A stretch of 64,000 nucleotides of DNA, from contig JABIRL010000145.1 in the NCBI GenBank assembly GCA_018667855.1, positions 151 to 64,150 on the forward strand. The letters run 5' to 3'. The notes beneath the pieces were generated by a model that worked only from the letters and a program-made list of their open reading frames with translations, was not told the origin of the DNA and searched no databases. A program made the position numbers and the translations under genes. Within the stretch, counting starts at the first letter, position 1, and each line of letters starts with the position of its first letter. Below, piece after piece: positions 59,777 through 64,000 of this stretch. Source of the DNA: Rhodospirillaceae bacterium (lineage in GTDB: Bacteria > Pseudomonadota > Alphaproteobacteria > GCA-2731375).

Positions 59777-61152
59777 TCGAATACCTGGCTGGGCAGCCAT
59801 GTCGCTATCATTGGGAACGCCAGGACCAGACCAATGACGAATAATTGGGCGCCGACCACGGGAATAATGCCGCGATAGATATCGGTAATCTTAACCTCTG
59901 GCGGCGCGGCGCCTTTCAGGAAGAACAAGGCGAACCCAAACGGCGGGGTCAGGAACGATGTTTGCAGGGTCAAGGCGATTAGGGTCGCCAGCCAAAGCGC
60001 GCCTTGGGTGCCTTCACCCGCGTGGTCGGCGAAATCCAAATCCGCCAGCACCGGCAGGAACAATGGCAGGGTGATGATGGTGATTTCGATCCAGTCGATG
60101 AAGAACCCCAGGATAAAGATGATGCCGATAATGGTCAGCAGCATGCCCCAGTCACCAAACGCCAGGCCTAGCAGCATGCCGCTGACGACCTCATCACCAC
60201 TGAAAAAACGGAACGGATAGGAAAAAACGTTTGCCGCCATGACAACGAAGAAGACCATCGCTGTCATCAGGGCTGTGCCCTCGATCGCTTCCCGAAACAA
60301 CGGCCATGTCAGGCGGCCGTTGAGCAACATCAGCAACAGACCGCCGGCGGCACCGACAGCACCCGATTGAGACGGCGTGGCCCAGGCAAATATGATCGAA
60401 CCGAGGACCAGAAAAATCAGGCCCGCCGGCATCAGCAAGCCACGCACATAAAACCAGAGCCATTGCATACCCGTCCAGCCCAGGCTCCAATCCTGTTCCG
60501 TTCGGCCCTTACGGGGAACGGGCGGCGAGATGATGGCCGCCGTGATGTAGTAGATCAAATAAAGCACGATCAGGATGCCGGCCGGCCACAGCGCGGCCAG
60601 GAATATATGGCCGATCGGTGTTCGCAGTTTGCCGGCGAGAAAAAACAGCATGATTGCCGGCGGCAGGATCAGCCCCAAGGTTCCCGCCGCCGCCACCACG
60701 CTGCTGGCTAGAGACGCCTTGTAACCCTGGTCCAACATGGTCGGCAGCGCGATAAGTGCCAGCGTGGCGACGGAGGCGCCGACCACCCCCGCCGTCGGCG
60801 CCAGCAAGATGCCCAGCAAAGTAACGGCGATCGCCATGCCCGCCGGCATGCGGCCGAACAGATGCTGCAGGCACAACAGCAAATCGCGGGCGATGCCGCT
60901 TTTTTCCAATGCCATCCCCATGAATAAAAGCATCGGGACGGTGGGATAGATCTGACTACCGTTGATGCTGCCGTACAGACGCAACGGCACATTCAGCAGG
61001 GCAATCCACTGCATCTCGTCCAGGGCAATGCCGATCAGGCTGAAGGCGATGCCAAGGCCGGCCAGCAGGATCGCGACAGGCAGTCCGGAAAAAATCAGAA
61101 TGGCCAGACTGGCCAGCATGAGATAGGGCAGGACATCAACGAACTCGAACAT
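59773..61152 (-). CDS. dctM: TRAP transporter large permease DctM
   Basis: SGLPVA, LLAPTAGVVGASV, AAGTLGLILPP, GFFIDWIEI, LQTSFLTPPFGFALF; AGGA RBS overlapping the upstream stop. Confidence 0.92.
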   Translation of the reverse strand: MFEFVDVLPYLMLASLAILIFSGLPVAILLAGLGIAFSLIGIALDEMQWIALLNVPLRLYGSINGSQIYPTVPMLLFMGMALEKSGIARDLLLCLQHLFGRMPAGMAIAVTLLGILLAPTAGVVGASVATLALIALPTMLDQGYKASLASSVVAAAGTLGLILPPAIMLFFLAGKLRTPIGHIFLAALWPAGILIVLYLIYYITAAIISPPVPRKGRTEQDWSLGWTGMQWLWFYVRGLLMPAGLIFLVLGSIIFAWATPSQSGAVGAAGGLLLMLLNGRLTWPLFREAIEGTALMTAMVFFVVMAANVFSYPFRFFSGDEVVSGMLLGLAFGDWGMLLTIIGIIFILGFFIDWIEITIITLPLFLPVLADLDFADHAGEGTQGALWLATLIALTLQTSFLTPPFGFALFFLKGAAPPEVKITDIYRGIIPVVGAQLFVIGLVLAFPMIATWLPSQVFD

Positions 61153-61158
61153 CAATTC

Positions 61159-64000
61159 CTAATCCTTGCCGCGGCGCCGGGACAGATTGCGTAATATCGC
61201 GACTATGGCGGCCAGCAGGAATAGTCCGATGCCGAGTGGCATGGAACTTTTTAGAATCCCGCGCAGGAGCGGCTCGCTCCGGAAGCTCTCGACCACATAA
61301 GGAATGCCAAAGTACAGAATGACCGCTGCAAAAGGCAGCATCAGAAGCAGGAACCCAACCAGTTCGATGCGGTCCCGCGTGGCTGCACGAAGCCGGTCGC
61401 GAACGATATCCACCCGAACATGGGCGCCGCGTACATAGCCAAAACCCAAGGTCAAAAAGACCAACAGCAGGAACATGGACCATTCGATATATTGCGGCGC
61501 GATGGTGACGTAGTCGAACACCTTGCGGGCAACAATTTCGAAAATACGGGCAACGATCATCACGGTGATCGTGACGGCGGCGATCCAGAAGCCGATGCCG
61601 GAGATAACGGCGTCAAGTCGGTCCAGATAATATTGCAACTTCTCCCGCCGTGTTTTGCTACGGAACGCGGCCCAACGTTGGGGCCACAGCGCACGCCGGG
61701 CGCTATATTTCGTGCGCATGTTACTTACGTCCAATTGGATCGCGATCAGGGCGGGGATTACCAGCAGAACCAGGAAGGTCGCCACCGCCAGGCCGAATAT
61801 CATGGTGATGGCCATGGGAATGAGGAATTGCGCCTGCAGGCTGGTCTCGAACAACAAGGGCGTCAGGCCGCCGATGGTGGTCAGAGAGGTCAGCAGCACC
61901 GCGCGCAGGCGATCCTGGCTGCCGCCGATGATGGCTTTGGTGGTCTCCTCGCCGCTGGCGATGCGTTCGTCGATGGTGGAGACCAGGATGATCGAGTCAT
62001 TGACCAGAATACCCGACAGGCCCAACAGACCCACAAGGGTCAAAAGACTTAGGTCAAAACCCAATAGCAAATGGCCGATCACGGCGCCAACCACGCCAAA
62101 GGGAATGATCGCCATGACCACGATCGGCCGCGTGTAAGAGGCGAAGACCCACGCCAGAATGATGTAAATCGCCGACATGCCGACCAGGGCGCCCAGGCGC
62201 ATATCCGACATGGTGCGGGCCTGTTCCTCCGCGCGGCCGGCGAAGGTGTATTGCAAACCGTATTTGCGGACGATATCAGGCAATCGGCCGCCTTCGAGGG
62301 CGGGAATAAGCTTTCCCGCACGGATCTTGCTTTCATCCAGTTCACCCGTGATGGCGATTTCACGCTGGCCGTCCTGACGGCGAATGCGGGCAAAGCCGAT
62401 TTTTTCCCGCATGGTCACCACTTCGATTAACGGGACCTCGGCGCCCGAGGGGTTCCGCAAATACAGGTTCAGAAGACCCTGGGTCGTGATGGCGCCGCGG
62501 GCATATTGCACCTTCACGGTGATTTCCTCATCGCCGCGGGGAAACCGTTTGGCGATGGCGCCTTGAAAGGCGGCGCGGACCTGCCGGCCCACGCTATCGG
62601 TGGAAAAGCCCAAGGCCCGCCCCCGGGGCGTCAGCTCCAGGATCACTTCCTGCTTGCCGATGGGCAGGTCGTCTTCAACATCGCTAACGCCAGGGAAACG
62701 CTCCAGCAATGTCTTGATCTCGGCGGCGGCGGATTTCAGGTCACGGGTGCTGCCGCCGCTCAAACGAATGTCAATTTCCTTGCCGGGCGGACCGCCCCTG
62801 CGCTCAATCAGATTGATGCGCTCGACACCCGGCGTCATCCGGATATTCCGGCGCCAGACATCAATAAATTCCGCCATGCGAACCTGACGGTGATCGGAGG
62901 GGACCAGTTGCACATACAGGCCGCCGTATTTGTCGCCGCTGACACTTTGGAATTCCCGCGCCTGGGACTTGCCCAGTTTACCGAATGTGGAATGGATCAG
63001 ATTTTCATCCCCGGCGCCGCTTTCGGTTGGTTTTTCCAGGGTCAGATGCGCTGCCTCGTGGGCGGCGCGTTCCAACTCCCGCACCATTGCCCCGGTGCGT
63101 TCGCGCGGGGTTCCGGGCAGCATCACCACATTGCCGTAAACAATGTCCCCCTCCGGTGTGGGAAAGAATTGGAAGCCGACCCGCCCGCCGCCGATAATGC
63201 CCAAGGACAGTATCAGGGCGGCGATGGAGACGGCCAGTGTCAGGTATCGCCATTCGACGCAGACAACCAGAACGCGGCGGTACAGACCGTCGCGAAAGCG
63301 GTCGAAGTGATCGTTGAACCATATGCGAAAACGTGATTCCCGTTCTCCACCGGCGGAGAAAGCGCCGCGCAGATGACCCGGCAGTACCAGGAAACATTCA
63401 ACCAGACTGGCGATCAGGACCGAAACCGTGACCAGGGGAATGGCCGACAGTATGGTGCCGATAATGCCGCTGATCAGGATCAGGGGCAAAAAGGCGGCGA
63501 TCGTCGTCAGAGAGGATGCAATGACCGGCGCCAGCATGCGCAGGGCGCCCTGTTCCGCCGCCTCTTCCGGGCCAAGGCCAAGCCGGCGGCGGTGCGCGCT
63601 ATGTTCCGCCACCACGATGGCGTCGTCTACGATGATGCCCAGTGTCATGATCAAGGCGAACAAAGAGACCATGTTGATGGACTGGCCGCTTAGCAGCATC
63701 ACGCCCATGGTCGCCATCAACGCCACGGGGATACCGGCGGCGACCCAAATGGCGACCCGCAGATTGAGAAAGATGAACAGAATGATCAGGACCAGGGCAA
63801 GGCCGCCAAGGCCGTTCTTCAAAAGGATCGCGATGCGCTCCCGGATCAGGCCGGCCTGCACATCATAATGTTTCAAATTCAAGGTCGGCGGCAGGGTTTG
63901 CCGCAGCTCCGCCAGATAGTCCTCCACCGTTTGCGATATGTCCAAGGCATCGGCGCCGACGGCACGTTTGACATGCAGTTCTATGGCCCGGTCGGCCGCC
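61159..64000 (-). CDS. RND (AcrB-family) permease fused in frame to a C-terminal DctQ domain (5' end beyond the window)
   Basis: GIIVDDAIVV (TM4), GILVNDSI (TM10), RLRAVLLTSLTT (TM11), then a basic linker and a 4-TM DctQ with HVRVD; frame open to 64000. Confidence 0.85.
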   Translation of the reverse strand, partial: AADRAIELHVKRAVGADALDISQTVEDYLAELRQTLPPTLNLKHYDVQAGLIRERIAILLKNGLGGLALVLIILFIFLNLRVAIWVAAGIPVALMATMGVMLLSGQSINMVSLFALIMTLGIIVDDAIVVAEHSAHRRRLGLGPEEAAEQGALRMLAPVIASSLTTIAAFLPLILISGIIGTILSAIPLVTVSVLIASLVECFLVLPGHLRGAFSAGGERESRFRIWFNDHFDRFRDGLYRRVLVVCVEWRYLTLAVSIAALILSLGIIGGGRVGFQFFPTPEGDIVYGNVVMLPGTPRERTGAMVRELERAAHEAAHLTLEKPTESGAGDENLIHSTFGKLGKSQAREFQSVSGDKYGGLYVQLVPSDHRQVRMAEFIDVWRRNIRMTPGVERINLIERRGGPPGKEIDIRLSGGSTRDLKSAAAEIKTLLERFPGVSDVEDDLPIGKQEVILELTPRGRALGFSTDSVGRQVRAAFQGAIAKRFPRGDEEITVKVQYARGAITTQGLLNLYLRNPSGAEVPLIEVVTMREKIGFARIRRQDGQREIAITGELDESKIRAGKLIPALEGGRLPDIVRKYGLQYTFAGRAEEQARTMSDMRLGALVGMSAIYIILAWVFASYTRPIVVMAIIPFGVVGAVIGHLLLGFDLSLLTLVGLLGLSGILVNDSIILVSTIDERIASGEETTKAIIGGSQDRLRAVLLTSLTTIGGLTPLLFETSLQAQFLIPMAITMIFGLAVATFLVLLVIPALIAIQLDVSNMRTKYSARRALWPQRWAAFRSKTRREKLQYYLDRLDAVISGIGFWIAAVTITVMIVARIFEIVARKVFDYVTIAPQYIEWSMFLLLVFLTLGFGYVRGAHVRVDIVRDRLRAATRDRIELVGFLLLMLPFAAVILYFGIPYVVESFRSEPLLRGILKSSMPLGIGLFLLAAIVAILRNLSRRRGKD

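Overview
GC-rich, gene-dense bacterial DNA, most likely an alphaproteobacterium (Rhodospirillales-like). Markers are rcdA/DUF1465, a Cys-less rpmE, the efp-suhB-motA/motB-like block, sahR-metF-metH and ibpA with a ROSE element. No CRISPR array, integrase, transposase or phage genes were seen. Layout: 1-13 kb holds a TRAP transporter and a CoA-dependent catabolic cluster. 13-19 kb holds efp, suhB, a Pro-rich OmpA protein and a MotA/MotB-like pair. About 19-34.5 kb is an apparent accessory block (UrtA-like binding protein, Cache-fused pentameric ligand-gated ion channel, LLM, GGT, ADH, a 1671-aa hybrid kinase/regulator, RTX protein). 34.5-43.5 kb is core genes. 43.5-64 kb holds transporters, 5-oxoprolinase, djlA, tRNA-Gly, a radical SAM protein, trkH and a TRAP/RND locus. 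The most notable observations are: (1) a dCache-pLGIC (Pro-loop receptor) in a two-gene operon with an orphan urea-type binding protein; (2) an RND permease fused in frame to a TRAP DctQ subunit, followed by dctM; (3) a SelW/Rdx selenoprotein (CxxU plus SECIS-like hairpin) missed by the ORF track; (4) a single-chain PAS6-HK-REC-HPt-DHp-REC-wHTH phosphorelay; (5) an unannotated structured transcript at about 45.3-45.5 kb. All calls come from reading motifs by eye; no database searches were run.
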